Source of the DNA: Lama glama
Lineage: Eukaryota
DNA: 64,000 bases
NCBI GenBank assembly: GCA_028534125.1
Contig: CM052816.1
Location: 11,844,001 to 11,908,000, forward strand
Reading direction: 5' to 3'
The notes under the pieces are model-generated. The model saw only the letters and a program-made list of their open reading frames with translations. It made no database searches and had not been told where the DNA came from. The position numbers were made by a program, and so were the translations under genes. Below, in pieces: positions 1-12,619 of this stretch (the first letter of the stretch is position 1; each line of letters opens with the position of its first letter).

Positions 1-539
1 CTAGCCTTGTCCTGTTCTCTGGTTATTTTGGCCATCGAAGTGTGGCTGTAATCAAGAATGCAGGCCTTGTTTATTCAAAAAATATTTAATTTCTGTAGTG
101 GAGGGATGAAAATTAGATCCCCATCTTGGGATGTTACAAGTGTAAGATCTAAAGCTCTAAATTACGAAGGGGAGAGACTGTGGAAGGACTACTCAGAATG
201 CGGTGTTGAAACAGATGAAATTATCATTATTTATCAGCCTTATATGGACGCTGGTTTCTGGCCATTAAGCATTGTCCAAATATCTTAGAAAGATCTGTTC
301 CTTTCACGGCATCCAAAACAGCAGGCATGAGGGTACCTCTCAAAGTGTTCTGTTTTAGTCGTCACTGATACATCATTGGAACAAACATGACTGACATTCT
401 CATGAGTTTCCTGGTGTTGCATAAGGATTTCCTAAGCCTCAATTCATCACGAGACTCTCAGTTTTCTCCCTTTAGTCCTTGATCCTTGACCTCCAGCAGT
501 CAGAGTTTCTTGTTTCCATCAGTGAAGTATATTCTATTA

Positions 540-800
540 TTCATTCACCCACCATTTAAGAAATATGTATTCAGTGCATAACACATACCAGGCTCTAGAC
601 CATGCTTTGAGGAAACAAAAATGAGCAAAACCAGAAACTTTTTTCAGGGAATCATGACAAACAGACAAGGAAGTGGTCATGCTAGCTATATGATGAGGCA
701 GCGATGGTGGTATGAACGTGTGTCTCTGTGGACATGAATAGCAGGAAGTGCTTAACTATGTTTGAAGGTATCAAGGAAGGCTTCCCAGTGACACAAAACT
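540..800 (-). mobile_element. L2 LINE 3' fragment
   Basis: Begins tcattcacc...aaatatgtattcagtgcata...ataccaggctct and runs to atcaaggaaggcttccc; degenerate antisense L2 3' end. Confidence 0.55.
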
Positions 801-954
801 GAGGCATAGCTATGAGGACCCCGAAGATGGCCAGATCTCCCAGTCTCTTCCTCCTCAACCTCCATTTTTTTTAAATGAGAGTCTTGAAGTCCTCATAATT
901 TCAACACATTGTCTTGACTAAGAGGTAATTCCCATCTTGCCTTTCCTTATTTTT

Positions 955-1570
955 TTCATGAAACATACACTTATTGGGCACCTGAGGTATGCAAAGCACT
1001 CTGTTGGGCCCTGAAAACAGTAATGAGTGGGACAGACACAGAATGCTGTGGAATGAATGTTCTAGTAAGGAAGCTGATCACAAATACATCACAGCCCAGG
1101 TGCTTATTTAACTGTGATTGTGTTGAACACTATGCATAAGTGTGTTACAAGGAGCCCCAGGTCCATGGAACAGGGCACCTGGCATTATCTGGGATCATAG
1201 AAGTTTCCTTGAGAGGCTAAACTTTGAACTGAAATCTCAGGCATGATTTGGAGTTTTCCAGACAAAAAAGCAGGGAGGAAGGTAAGCGGGGACACTGCTT
1301 TCCTGGCAGGAGGGAAGCTTCAGTGAAGGTTCCAGGAACAGAATGAAGGCCAGTCAGTATCAGCCAGAGCTCAGAGAAGAAGGTGGGATGTGGTTTGAGA
1401 AGGACCCATCGTGGGGCCAGTTCACGAGGTGCCTTGGGGACCATCTTAAAGGTGTTGGAAAAGGGAAGAAACTGAAGCTCTTAAGGGTTGGGTGGGGCAT
1501 GGGGATCCCAAGATGAGATCTCTAAACTGCATTTAAAAAACAGCCCTCTGGCTGTTGTGGGGAGATTTGA
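955..1570 (-). mobile_element. L2 LINE 3' fragment
   Basis: ttattgggcacctgaggtatgcaaagcactctgttggg...ttcctggcaggagggaag...cagccctctggctgttgtgggga match antisense L2 3' motifs. Confidence 0.7.
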
Positions 1571-3050
1571 TCAAAGGAAAATTCCTTTGGGGCCTTTTAC
1601 CTACCTTTCTCTGTTCCTTAAGGCATCCTGAGCAGAAGATTAAATAGATCAATTCTCCACAGGGACCAGAGCTCTGTCTCAGGCTCTTGTCAGCCGTTCT
1701 ATGGGACTCGGCAGTCAGCAGAAGGCACCCACTAAGAGAGGCATCTTGGAAGTCGTATTACTTGCACATTGTTTTTACACTGTCACTCATTCTCCAGCCT
1801 TGCTATTACCTGCTTTCATTCAGAAAGCACTTATAACAGAATAAACCAAAATGCCTTGATGTTCCTGCTTTTCCCTTTAAGCAGTTGCAAATGTATTCTC
1901 TACACTGCACATCGAGGATCCAACATTAAAGATGGTCTCTGGACAATGGATGCGTAATCAGGCGCTATGTAGCTGAACATAGTCGTTTCCCCATGCTGCC
2001 CAACGCCGCTCTCACTCCAGCTGTTTTTATTGCCAGATGCTACTCTAAACTTTAGCTAAGGTACATTTGAGGATGCACACTTACCACACAGGCTCTAATT
2101 ACGGGAGAAAGCCTTAGACAAACAGTCAGTCCCAACTTGATTACCGGACCAGGCTCTTTGGTCTTCTTGAGTCCACCTTCCACCCTCTCTGATGCATCCA
2201 ACAAACTAGGATGGACCAGCCATGGTCCATCGAAAGAACTGATGAGCCCTTTCTGTACCTTTCTCCTTTCTCCCATTTCTTAATTCCTATGAGGCACGAC
2301 TCCCTGTAAGCAGCCTGCTGAGAATCCTGAAAGGAGCTTCAGTCCTGGGCTTCGTGCACCTTCTTTCCTTCTTCCCCTGAAACTTGCTCATCACGGGGCT
2401 CATTCTCTCCATCTCTATGTCTCAGCAAGATTAAACAATATGTTGTTCTAAGCTAAGGTGTTAAGAGCTGATTAGAATTTATAATGTTACCTTCTCAGAA
2501 AACATTTGCATTTTTTAACATGAGCTTTTAGAGTTTAACAGAGCTTTGAGTACTATGGTGGTGTCAAATACCACGGCATGAACATAAGGGAAGTGTCTTG
2601 GAACAGAAGAAATGTTCCCAGTGTCTTTCCTAGAAGAGCACCATCAAACATTTGGAAAGTGTTTTAAAGTTTACAAAGTATTTTTACCTTGGTATTGAGT
2701 CCTTTTAACAACCTTGTTGGTGGGTAAATGAAGCGGCTGAGGTAAGAATACCCAGTAGATTCCATCCACAAGACGTAATGATGAGATACAGATATTATCA
2801 TATCCTGGTGGAATGTAGGCCTAGTGATCACTGTGCCATTAAGAGTACCGTATTTATATACTCATGCCAATGCTTACAACAAAAAGATGCATGGAACAAA
2901 ATTAATATAATAGCATCAGAAAGAGAAATTGTGATCTAGAAAGAGATGGGGAGATAGGCTAATTCAAAGAATTAGGATGAGGATTATTTGACGATAGAGT
3001 GTAAAGTTGTGTTATTGACTTCCTTGAAGCCAAGTTAAAAGGGGAATGTA

Positions 3051-3192
3051 GGAGGAGAGAGTATAGCTCAGTGGTAGAGTGCAGGCCTAGCATGCATGAG
3101 ATCCTGGGTTCAATCCCCAGTACCTCCATTAAAAAAGTAGATAAATAAATAAACCTAATTACTTCCTCCACCAAAACAAAACATTTTTTTTA
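3051..3192 (+). mobile_element. tRNA-Ala-derived SINE (camelid Vic-type)
   Basis: tRNA-Ala(AGC)-like head GTATAGCTCAGTGGTAGAGTGC...CCTGGGTTCAATCCCCAGTACCTCCA with A box 3064-3074 and B box 3107-3117. The AT-rich body (aaacctaattac) is shared with the copy at 18557. Degenerate TSD aaaaggggaatgt / aaaagaggaaatgt. Confidence 0.9.
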
Positions 3193-6089
3193 AAAAGAGG
3201 AAATGTGATGGGTCTCTTAGTCTTATAGTCAGGAAGGGTAAGTATTGGTCAGGGATGTTGACATTTTTTCATTTTCTTGGCATTAAATTTCAAATGCTCT
3301 TTCTCATGGCAACATTTTATGGAATGGACGCTGAATGATGAAATGGGCAGTTACCTCAGTAGCTGTTACTTTACACATCGCATGCAATTGGATGCTGGGT
3401 CTCTGTGTTCTGAATTCCAGCTCAGGACACTTCAAGGGTGTGGTCCTACACAATCTGGCTGGACCTTAGTCCATCCCCCTGGCATCTCTTTGAGACATCT
3501 CACCTGGTACTCCATGCTGGCCACATTCCTGCCTCCCTACTGTTCATCCTGATTGTTGTTCTTTCCCCCTGGCCTGTGGTCTGCCCTCAGAGATGCCAGG
3601 ACTGGCCTCCTCTGGCCTGTTTCTGCAGGCCGCCCACTTCTCGGGCTGATGTACTGTTGAATTCGAGGTATCCTCTGGGGGCTCTTTCCCTATTGGTGCC
3701 ACACTGTCCTCTTTCTTGCTGTCTTAGGCTGTACGTCCCTGATGTGTGGCTTGCTTTTGAGGGAGAGGGGATCCCACTGGAGTGTGGCTGGGCCCCTAGT
3801 TCTTTTAGGCTTCCTGGTCCTTCCAGCACCTTCAGAAGCCCCAGGCTTTATCTCCCTTGGCACACCTAACTTCTTTCTCACATGTAGCCATTCTCACTGG
3901 AGTTCTGTTTTCTCTGGCTCTGCCTCAGTGTATCTGATATGTCTGTATGAGAGTGAACCTCACTGTGAATGTGCTTCAGGTTTATCCCCAAGGCTCTTTT
4001 GGACCAAGAGGATCAGGGGACATGACCTTCTCGCAAAGTGTTATATATAATATTGACATTCCAGCATACCTGAGCCTTAGCTCCACCGCAGCTGGGATCT
4101 CATTGCAAAGTGGATTTCAAAAATTCTACTTCTTGTAGCAACCTCTGACAACAGTCTTTAAGGAACGATTTAGTGAGGATTACTCTATGAAGCTAACATG
4201 GTACATACAAGTCCATAGCCTTCTAGCGTTTGAGCTTGGTCCAAGGAATGGCTTTTCAGTATTTAGAGGAGTAAATGGGTAGTTCTGAAACCATACTTGC
4301 TTTTGTGAGATTGGAAAAATCGCTTCTGTGTCTAATTTCTTCCACAGGGTCATAATTGATGTGTGCTCACCATGGGAGAGCAAAGAAAACTTCCTGTTTC
4401 CTTGTTAAAATTCCTAGTGGTCATTTTGTTGACACATTTCTAAGCAGTGTCTTCTTTAATAGGCGATCTCATTTCCTGCAGCCCTGCTCTTGATTGAATG
4501 TGGAACATCCGAGGACAGGGGAGATTAATGGAGGATGGCTTGTTGTTCATTCGTCGTGGGCAGCTGTGATGGATGGAATGCCATGGGCTGCACGGCACTA
4601 GGTTTTCTGGCAAATCCTGTTTCTGACAGTACACTGTCCGGGGTATTGATTATGCTAACCTCTAGTTATAAATTCATGTCTGGAGTGAAGACTTGCAATA
4701 GGCCCATTTGTCAAGCACAGGCTTAATCAAAGATTATAATTGGCATTAATGAGTCCTCGGTAAAAGAGCAGAATTGGAGTGCCAGTTAAAGATGGGTCCA
4801 GGTCAGTGCATGCATCCGTCATCACCATCTGGAAGGGAAGCTGACAGCTGTGCAGGGAATTGGGGGAGTTGCTGCTGGGTTGCTTCCCTCCTTGATAGGC
4901 AGGTGCCCACAGTCCTCATTATGAATCATGTTTGGACTGCATGGATGACCTTTTGGCAAGGCTCAGGACTATCATCCCTTAATCTTCTCTTGTGGGAAAT
5001 CCATTCAAAAGGTAATTTAAAAGCTTACCACGAGGAAGCAGAGGGCTGGTTAAACTTAATTCCAGAACTTTGAGTTTGTCAGTCACAGTTTTGCAGATAT
5101 TTTGCATGCATACTTGAGAAGCGAAGTCAAGACCTCTCTCTGCTTCTCCATCCAAGAGTCAATGTCAAAAACCTTGAAGAGACTCTTCCCGCTCATGTGA
5201 TTCCATCTTTTGGGTACCAGCCGTGTTTTAGTTTCATTACACAAATGAGGTGACATCTTACGTCTTCAACTTTCATCGTCTTTTTCTTTTGGTCATACTG
5301 TTATCCATGAGGCTAGAATTAAGGCCGGCTAGCAGTTTCCTTCTGGGGAAAGACTCAATTCTATCTTTCTCTGACTCTTGGTTTTGTTTGTTTATTTTTG
5401 TTTTCCTGCACCATTAATGAGAGACGAGACAGTTGAGCTTTTGCTATCTCTGCAAGAAGTACCTTTCTCTGCCCCATCTTCCTAGAAGGGACACCCGGAG
5501 CACACTGAAGCTCAAGGAAAAGGAAACCTTAGATCTCTCAAGTTGTCAAAGAAATCATCTCTCATCTTCTCGCAATCTAGTGTAGTGCACAAGAGTGAGG
5601 GGCCAACACCCAAGCATGTGGTCAAGTTTTCATTTGCCTGGCCTTGTCTCTGTGCATCTGTTTTCTTTGTGAACTTCTCCTATTTTGTGTCTTAGTTACC
5701 TTTCATCCCTAGCATTCTGGCATCTTACAAATACATAAGGCTTCATTATGAATATTGGCTACATTCTAAGAACCTGCCAAATGTTCTCTGATTTCTTAAT
5801 CCCCGCTTCATTATGCTTCCTTGGCTCTGCATTTCCGAGGGATTGTTACTTTTCACACTTAATATAAATCACTATCCTCCTTGATTCAAGGTCTTTGCAG
5901 AAGATGTAGTTCATTAAACCAAAGGAGATTGTTCCATTCTTAAATCTCCAAACCTATTCTTCTCCATTTTTGAACAGACACATTTATGGTTCATGTTGTG
6001 ACATTGCAAGGATACATGGAACATCAGAAATCTGCGTCTTCAGATACGTTACACTCATTGGCTGACAGGAGCAATATCATTTGGAAAGG

Positions 6090-6290
6090 CCATTCGATCA
6101 TGCATTCTTTCATCCAGTAATTGTTAAATATATTCCCATGTGTGCCAAGCATTGTGCAAATGACAGATGACACAATGGTGACCAAAAAAAAAGGCAAAGT
6201 TCCTAAACTCATGAAGTATACATTCTCAGTTAATGTTAAATTACACCATGTGCTGAGAAAAGGCAGTGAAATAGGCACAGTACCTGAGGT
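6090..6290 (-). mobile_element. L2 LINE 3' end
   Basis: cattctttcatccagtaattgttaaatatattcccatgtgtgccaagcattgtgc...acaatggtgaccaaaa. Confidence 0.65.
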
Positions 6291-6559
6291 CCTAAACACT
6301 TTCAATGACTGATTTTATGTTAAATTTATAAATTGTGTACCATTGGTCACCTTTGCATTTAAATTGTATCTACTTTCTTGACTCACAGCCAAGTTAGGAA
6401 AAGTCATCTCATATTCAAGCAGAACATGCAGAGACATGTTATTTCTGCACACACACAAAAAATGTTGCTGTTCATAATTGAAGGTTCAATTAGTGTATCT
6501 GGCATACAGGCATGTACATGATGTATTTTTAGTGTTGCTAGTAGTATTTATAGTGCTAA

Positions 6560-6780
6560 TAATCATAGCTTCATTTACATGCCCACTGTGTAGTATTGTG
6601 CTAGACAAAGTACATACCACCTCCTGTTAACTTTCAAAACAGTTGTGTAAGACAGGTGTCACTTTCCAGATTTCAAAGAGGACATTCTAAGAGGTTAGAT
6701 AATTTATTTTCAGTAATTTCATTAATAAGTGGCAGAACTTGGATTTAAACCAGGGACCACCAGACTTCAAGGCTTGTGTT
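6560..6780 (-). mobile_element. MIR SINE
   Basis: agaggttagataattt...ataagtggcagaacttggatttaaaccagg matches the antisense MIR core. Confidence 0.65.
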
Positions 6781-8149
6781 CTTTCTGTAGGATTTCTTTT
6801 TCTTGATGTCTTGCCAACCATCTTGTGGGTCCTTCAAGTGTGGGTGTGAGTGTTTGGATGATCTGCTGCTGTCTGACTTCCCACAGTAAATTGTTTAAAT
6901 CCCAAGGTCCTTTTGTGTTCTAAACTCATCTGATACATTAAAAATCTTTAGTTATCAAGGGACAGTGTCATCAGCAGGACCACCTTATTGTGATAGGAAA
7001 GAAAAGATTGCTCTTTCCTTTAATCTCTACACACATGTGCACACATGTATGAAAAGAGAGAATATTGTCGAAAATACTTGTAAATGCATTTTTTAACCTT
7101 TAATATTTCCACGAGTCTAATTACACTTGAGCTTACTGTATTTGTCAGAAGATTGTCTCAAAATCAGTCCTATCAATATTGTAGTTAATCCCATGGCACT
7201 TTTTTCACCATTTTTAGAAAGCTTTTCTTGATTATTCAGGGAATTTTTTTTAAAACAACTTACAGATTCTTTTTTCTTGTTAGAGAAAAAATATCATTAA
7301 GTTTCAGTGCCATAATATGCAATGTGAAACCCCAACTAAGTAGCCCATCTTAAAATAAATCACCAATTATTATAAATCATGAATATTAAACACTGCCTTT
7401 AATAAAAAGGCTCATTACATCCTAGTTAGTGGTTCTAGCCACTGAACCAGTTTTCATTCCATCATCAATTTTGTTTGGTCTTTAATAGCACCAGTTGAGA
7501 TCCCCTTCATTGTTAGCATCCCATAAAAGGAGAGCTCGTTCAATCATTTGAGCATCTCAAATGAACAGTGTATACACTGTGTGATAATTTAATTTGTCTA
7601 GTTGAGTAGTCCTCTCTAATCTCCCCCTTCTCCCTAAAGTGACAATGAAAAAATTTAAGAATGATCCATGATTTCATTAAGGATCATATGGATCCACCCT
7701 TTCATCTCTCTCCCAGGCATCCTGAGAGTCAAGTTTACTTAGGAAGTCCACTGTTACTGTTATATGAGCTCACATATGGAATGGGTTGCTTATGGTGGTG
7801 GTTGTTTTAAGAGCCTTATTGAAGTAATTCTGCACAGGAGTTGAGACAGAAAGTAAGAGTGTATTGCTCTTGAGGCTGGAAATTTGTAGCACTTCTCTGT
7901 TGTAATAAATTATACAGATGGGCAGTAGTAGAAAGGTTCATTAATGAGAAGAGCAAATTAGGGAAAACACAAATCTACGAAGGTAGGGGAGATTGTTTTC
8001 AACCAAGAATTTTCTTTTTCCACCATTCATGAACCCTGAGTATTGTCCATCAAGAATAAAGAGTAAAGAAAATTTGGACACCATCAAAATAAGATATAAA
8101 CACAGGATGTGGCAGCCTCTCCAAATTGTGTCCCATAGTGAGGAAAACA

Positions 8150-8350
8150 CAGCAGACTAGGAATATGAACTCATGTCAGTAGCCTGTTTCTCTGATACCC
8201 TAGTTGTGCTGTCTCAGGAAAGTCGCTGAACATCTCAGAACCTGCTACCTCGTCTCTAAAGGTGGGATGATAATGCTGCCCTCACAAACTTGTGGGGAAG
8301 GGCAAGTGAGAGCGTTGGGAAAGTGCTCCAAATCATAAAAGTGCCATCCA
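8150..8350 (+). mobile_element. MIR SINE (MIR3/MIRb-like)
   Basis: ggaaagtcgctgaacatctcagaacct...ctctaaaggtgggatgataatgctgccctcaca resembles the MIR core. Confidence 0.6.
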
Positions 8351-8584
8351 ACTGAGATAGTTTACAGTGCTGATGCTGTATTACTTGGCTGCTTTCCCAG
8401 GGACTTGAAATTCTTCCTAACTCTTGGGCAGGAGAAGGAAGAACCCAGGTTTAAGGTTATAGTAGCCATTGGATGTGGTAAGGACAACTCCGTCAAGCTG
8501 GTGAGAATCGAGAAGGCTGGAGAAGGACCTCAGAAAATCATTTACGACCGTGAATGAGGCTCTTTTACCCATCCCAGAGTGAAT

Positions 8585-8820
8585 GAGACGTTGGGCTGTG
8601 GAGTCAGACAGACCTGAGGTGGAATCTTAGCTCTGCAACTCAGTGGTTGTGTAAGCATGGGAGAGTCATTTCACCTTTGAGCTTAATTTTCTGTTTCATA
8701 AATTGGGGTTAATTATACCTACTAGCTGTGTTGTGAGAATTGAATTATATAAGGCATACCAGGTACTTGCCTATTGACTGGCCTGTATCAAATGCTCAGT
8801 AGTATATTATTTGTCATTAT
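8585..8820 (+). mobile_element. MIR SINE, near full length
   Basis: ggctgtggagtcagacagacctgaggtggaatcttagctctgc...ttgtgagaattgaat...aaatgctcagtagta. Confidence 0.8.
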
Positions 8821-9379
8821 CACTGTATCAGTCATGTCCTCTTCATGTCCAGTAAGTGGATCCACTGGGCATGCTCTGGGTTCAAATCTCACAGGCCAGG
8901 ATGCTCTCTTCCTGGAAATTATCAGCCTAGAACATGGGAGAATGTGAGCTTCTCGCTGTCTGGGTTGCTGCTGTATATTTAAATCTTTGCCTCCCTTCTT
9001 GGAGCTCGGGAATCCTATATATAGGAATTCCCAAGCTCCATAATCACCTCGGTGGCCCCCTCAAATCTGGTTCCTTACGGGCATGGCAGTTTGATAGAGA
9101 CTGTGTGTGTGCACATGTGGACAAGCACATGTGTGTAAGAGAGATCATGGATAAAAGATGAGGGTGAGTGATGAGAGACACCCTGCAAAAGAATGAGACA
9201 CAAATAACTGAACACACTTTTATTTTTCAATCTCCATGGCTGGGCTTTGAAGAGCCCCAGTCAACCCTCACGCTGCCTTCCTAGTCTCACCAGATGCTAA
9301 CTATCTCCCTACTTGCCAATACACTGACACTGCCTTCTACCCGCTCCCTCCCCGTTTCCCCTACACTTTGTGGGATTCC

Positions 9380-9945
9380 AAGCTTTAGAGCCTTTGTAGA
9401 TGACTGTACCTTCTGCCCCGGAAGTGCCTTCTCTGTGTCTTGTCTGCTTAGTGAATTCCTTTGCGTCCTTCAAGACTCAGATCAAATACTCCTTTTTGGA
9501 GGAATCCTTTTAATGTTTTTCAGACTGATCATCTCTTCTTCAGATAAATTTTCTGGTGCCATATAAATAATAATGAAATTAAAATTAAAGACTATCATGA
9601 TCGAGAAGCTACTATATGCATAGCATTCTTCAGGTCATATCTTATTTGCTGCACACATAAACTTATGAAGCAGGTTCTGTAATTATGTTTATTTTGCAGA
9701 TAAACTTTCTGAGCCTTACTTTCCTTAAGTAAATTTTTGTTCAAGGTCACAAGTACAGTCTAAAGCTTGTACTCTTATTCACTAGGGTTCTATTTATTTT
9801 ATGGCATGGTGTCTCCTCTGCTAGACTGAGATTATCTTATTGTCTTATTTCTCTTGAGATCTCTCCTTGGCATGTAGCAGGATCTTAATAATTGTTTACC
9901 AAACATATGTTGACATGCATTCTCAATAAATATTTATTGAGTGAT
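9380..9945. mobile_element. L2 fragments (+) with an intervening antisense MIR (~9580-9780)
   Basis: ccttcaagactcagatcaaat and tctcaataaatatttattgagtga (L2); ttttgcagataaac...ttcaaggtcaca (MIR). Confidence 0.55.
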
Positions 9946-10162
9946 TGTTAAGCAGTAGCACTTACATTTAGATGATCTGACATACAGTATTCCTCATTAC
10001 TGAAGTACACTGATGGCACTATAATTTCACAGTTTGGATTATTATTTTTTTCATGCATTTACTTATTGTAAAGAATGTGTCTCAGAAATAGTTATAGGTA
10101 CCGTGGACTTTAGTCTTTAATGCATGCTATTTTATAATGCATAATGTCAGCTACAGAGAGTT

Positions 10163-11033
10163 TTTTTTTAACATTTTTTATTGATTTATAATCCTTTTAC
10201 CATGTTGTGTCAAATTCCAGTGTTCAGCACAATTTTTCAGTCATTCATGGACATATACACACTCATTGTCACACTTTTTTCTCTGTGATTTATCATAACA
10301 TTTTGTGTATATTTCCCTGTGCTATACAGTGTAANNNNNNNNNNNNNNNNNNNNNNNNNNNNNNNNNNNNNNNNNNNNNNNNNNNNNNNNNNNNNNNNNN
10401 NNNNNNNNNNNNNNNNNNNNNNNNNNNNNNNNNNNNNNNNNNNNNNNNNNNNNNNNNNNNNNNNNNNNNNNNNNNNNNNNNNNNNNNNNNNNNNNNNNNN
10501 NNNNNNNNNNNNNNNNNNNNNNNNNNNNNNNNNNNNNNNNNNNNNNNNNNNNNNNNNNNNNNNNNNNNNNNNNNNNNNNNNNNNNNNNNNNNNNNNNNNN
10601 NNNNNNNNNNNNNNNNNNNNNNNNNNNNNNNNNNNNNNNNNNNNNNNNNNNNNNNNNNNNNNNNNNNNNNNNNNNNNNNNNNNNNNNNNNNNNNNNNNNN
10701 NNNNNNNNNNNNNNNNNNNNNNNNNNNNNNNNNNNNNNNNNNNNNNNNNNNNNNNNNNNNNNNNNNNNNNNNNNNNNNNNNNNNNNNNNNNNNNNNNNNN
10801 NNNNNNNNNNNNNNNNNNNNNNNNNNNNNNNNNNAATACCATGCTGTCTTGATGACTGTAGCTCTATAGTATTGTCTGAAGTCTGGGAGAGTTATTCCTC
10901 CAGCCTCTTTCTTTCTCTTCAGTAATGCTTTAGCAATTCTAGGTCTTTGATGGTTCCATATAAATTTTATTATGATTTGTTCTAGTTCTGTGAAATATGT
11001 CCTGGGTAATTGGATAGGGATTGCATTAAATCT
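10163..11033 (-). mobile_element. Young 5'-truncated L1 spanning an assembly gap, with 14-bp TSD
   Basis: Perfect TSD agctacagagagtt at 10149-10162 and 11034-11047, and a poly(T) tail at the left end. The minus strand of 10836-11033 reads open as [66 protein letters not shown], a recognisable L1 ORF2p segment. Confidence 0.95.
10335..10834. other. Assembly gap (500 N)
   Basis: Run of exactly 500 N. Confidence 1.
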
Positions 11034-11804
11034 AGCTACAGAGAGTTCTTATTTTCTCTAATTGAAGGAGTGTGTGGGGAGGGGGGAAATTTGTTTTTCC
11101 TCTGAGATTTGCTTTTTGAGCATCTCTGCATAGTTTCGAGAAGCAATTACCCTTCTAGGCACAGAATTTGAGAGAAAGAATCAAATTAAAACATACAACT
11201 GAGAGTGGCTTCCTCCTCTTTGTTCCTAGGCTGGGAGGTATATTTAGAATTTGATTCTTAAATTCAGACTTTGGAGCTTGGTTCAGACATCTGATCATGG
11301 ATTCAAGTATATAGGAGAGTGTCACAGAGATACTCAGTTAATATTCACAGGAGTTACCTGAAACTAATATAATATTGTAAATGAACTATAACTCAAATAT
11401 TCACTGAATTTGATTGATTTAGCACAGATAATACACTTTGTGTCAAAGGGAATATACTTCTTTTGGTTCTAAATTTCAGGACACATTGATCCAAAGACAT
11501 ATCTCAGTTACCAGGTGATTTTATTGAAAAGATTATACTGAGAAAACACAGGCATTTGCATGATCAGGAGCGGAAGTGTAAATTTATATTAAATATGCTA
11601 GTGTCTTTTTTGCTAAGAAGGTTATATTTAAAATCTATTTGTCTGCCATAGTGGTCAAATCAGGTTAAAAAAACAAAAAGTCAAACTGTTTAGATTAGAC
11701 TGCTCTGAGCCAACATTTCAAGTTTTTTATTCCTAAAGTCTAACCATGCTATATCCCCTCCACATTAATGGTTATTTTATAAAAGGAGAAAAACATATTA
11801 ATAT

Positions 11805-12275
11805 GGTAGATATACTGCAGATTGTCTGAGCAAAGGTCTTTCCTAGCTTCCTTCTCCCTGGACTGCCCAATTATAGAGAACCAATTTCTCTGCTTTCTTT
11901 ATACCAATGGATGTCTGTGTTTCCGAATTATGGCCAGTGAGGTATGAGAGAAATCTGCTTGCTGGTGGCTTCTTGGAAAACATTTATTTTCCTGATTTAA
12001 AAGTATCTAGGCAGCTGCTCCTATTTCTTCAGACCCTATGTCTGCCTGGAACTTTAAGGTGATGCCCACACATGTGGCAGTTTCTTTAACCTTTAGATGG
12101 TAAGCATGAAGAGGAAAGTCAGCATATTAAGGACACCAGAGTAAAGGCAAAGAGCCCGGGTATTTGATGGCAAACTAAGGTCAGAATTTGCCTTCTTTGG
12201 CTTTTTATTACGTGAGGATGAAAGATTTGTTTAAGTCATAATTAGTGAGGTCTTCTGTCACTTTCAGCCAAAAAA
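11805..12275 (+). mobile_element. MaLR solo LTR (MLT1I/J-like)
   Basis: tggccagtgaggtatgagagaaatctgct...aagcatgaagaggaaagtcagcatattaagga...gtttaagtca...ttctgtcactttcagccaaa. Confidence 0.7.
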
Positions 12276-12619
12276 GTCAACATCTAGAATTGGTGGAGAA
12301 GCCCCAGGAGAACTTAAGAAAGCACCTGGGAGTTAGAGGGAGAGTGAACTGCCCCTTATCACTCCCAGAAAGGAGCAGTTTGGGTCTACCTTGGCCCCAC
12401 ATCAAGATGAGAGTCAGAACACTATTATCAGTTGTCTAACTTGTGACCCTTCCCTGGAAACCAGTCAACTAGGTCATGACCGTGATTCAGGGAGAAAACA
12501 TCTGGGTTAATTTCTTCTTCATTGCTTGAGGAAAATACATCTTATCATCAGGACTGTGCAAAACCTGTTGGTTAAAAAATTTTTTTTGAATGTTTACCTA
12601 CTATGGCTCCGTGAAAAAG

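Noticed and set aside
3057..3128. tRNA-Ala(AGC)-like sequence
   Set aside because: It is the head of a SINE: it has a shared SINE body and tail, a TSD, stem-disrupting substitutions and two further copies in the window.
3277..4138. Cluster of overlapping 60-143 aa ORFs in a GC-richer patch
   Set aside because: They overlap on both strands, have no recognisable domains or exon structure, and reflect locally low stop-codon density.
10207..10869. ORFs of 177-220 aa across the first gap, and likewise at 54542-55133
   Set aside because: Artefacts of translating N-runs.
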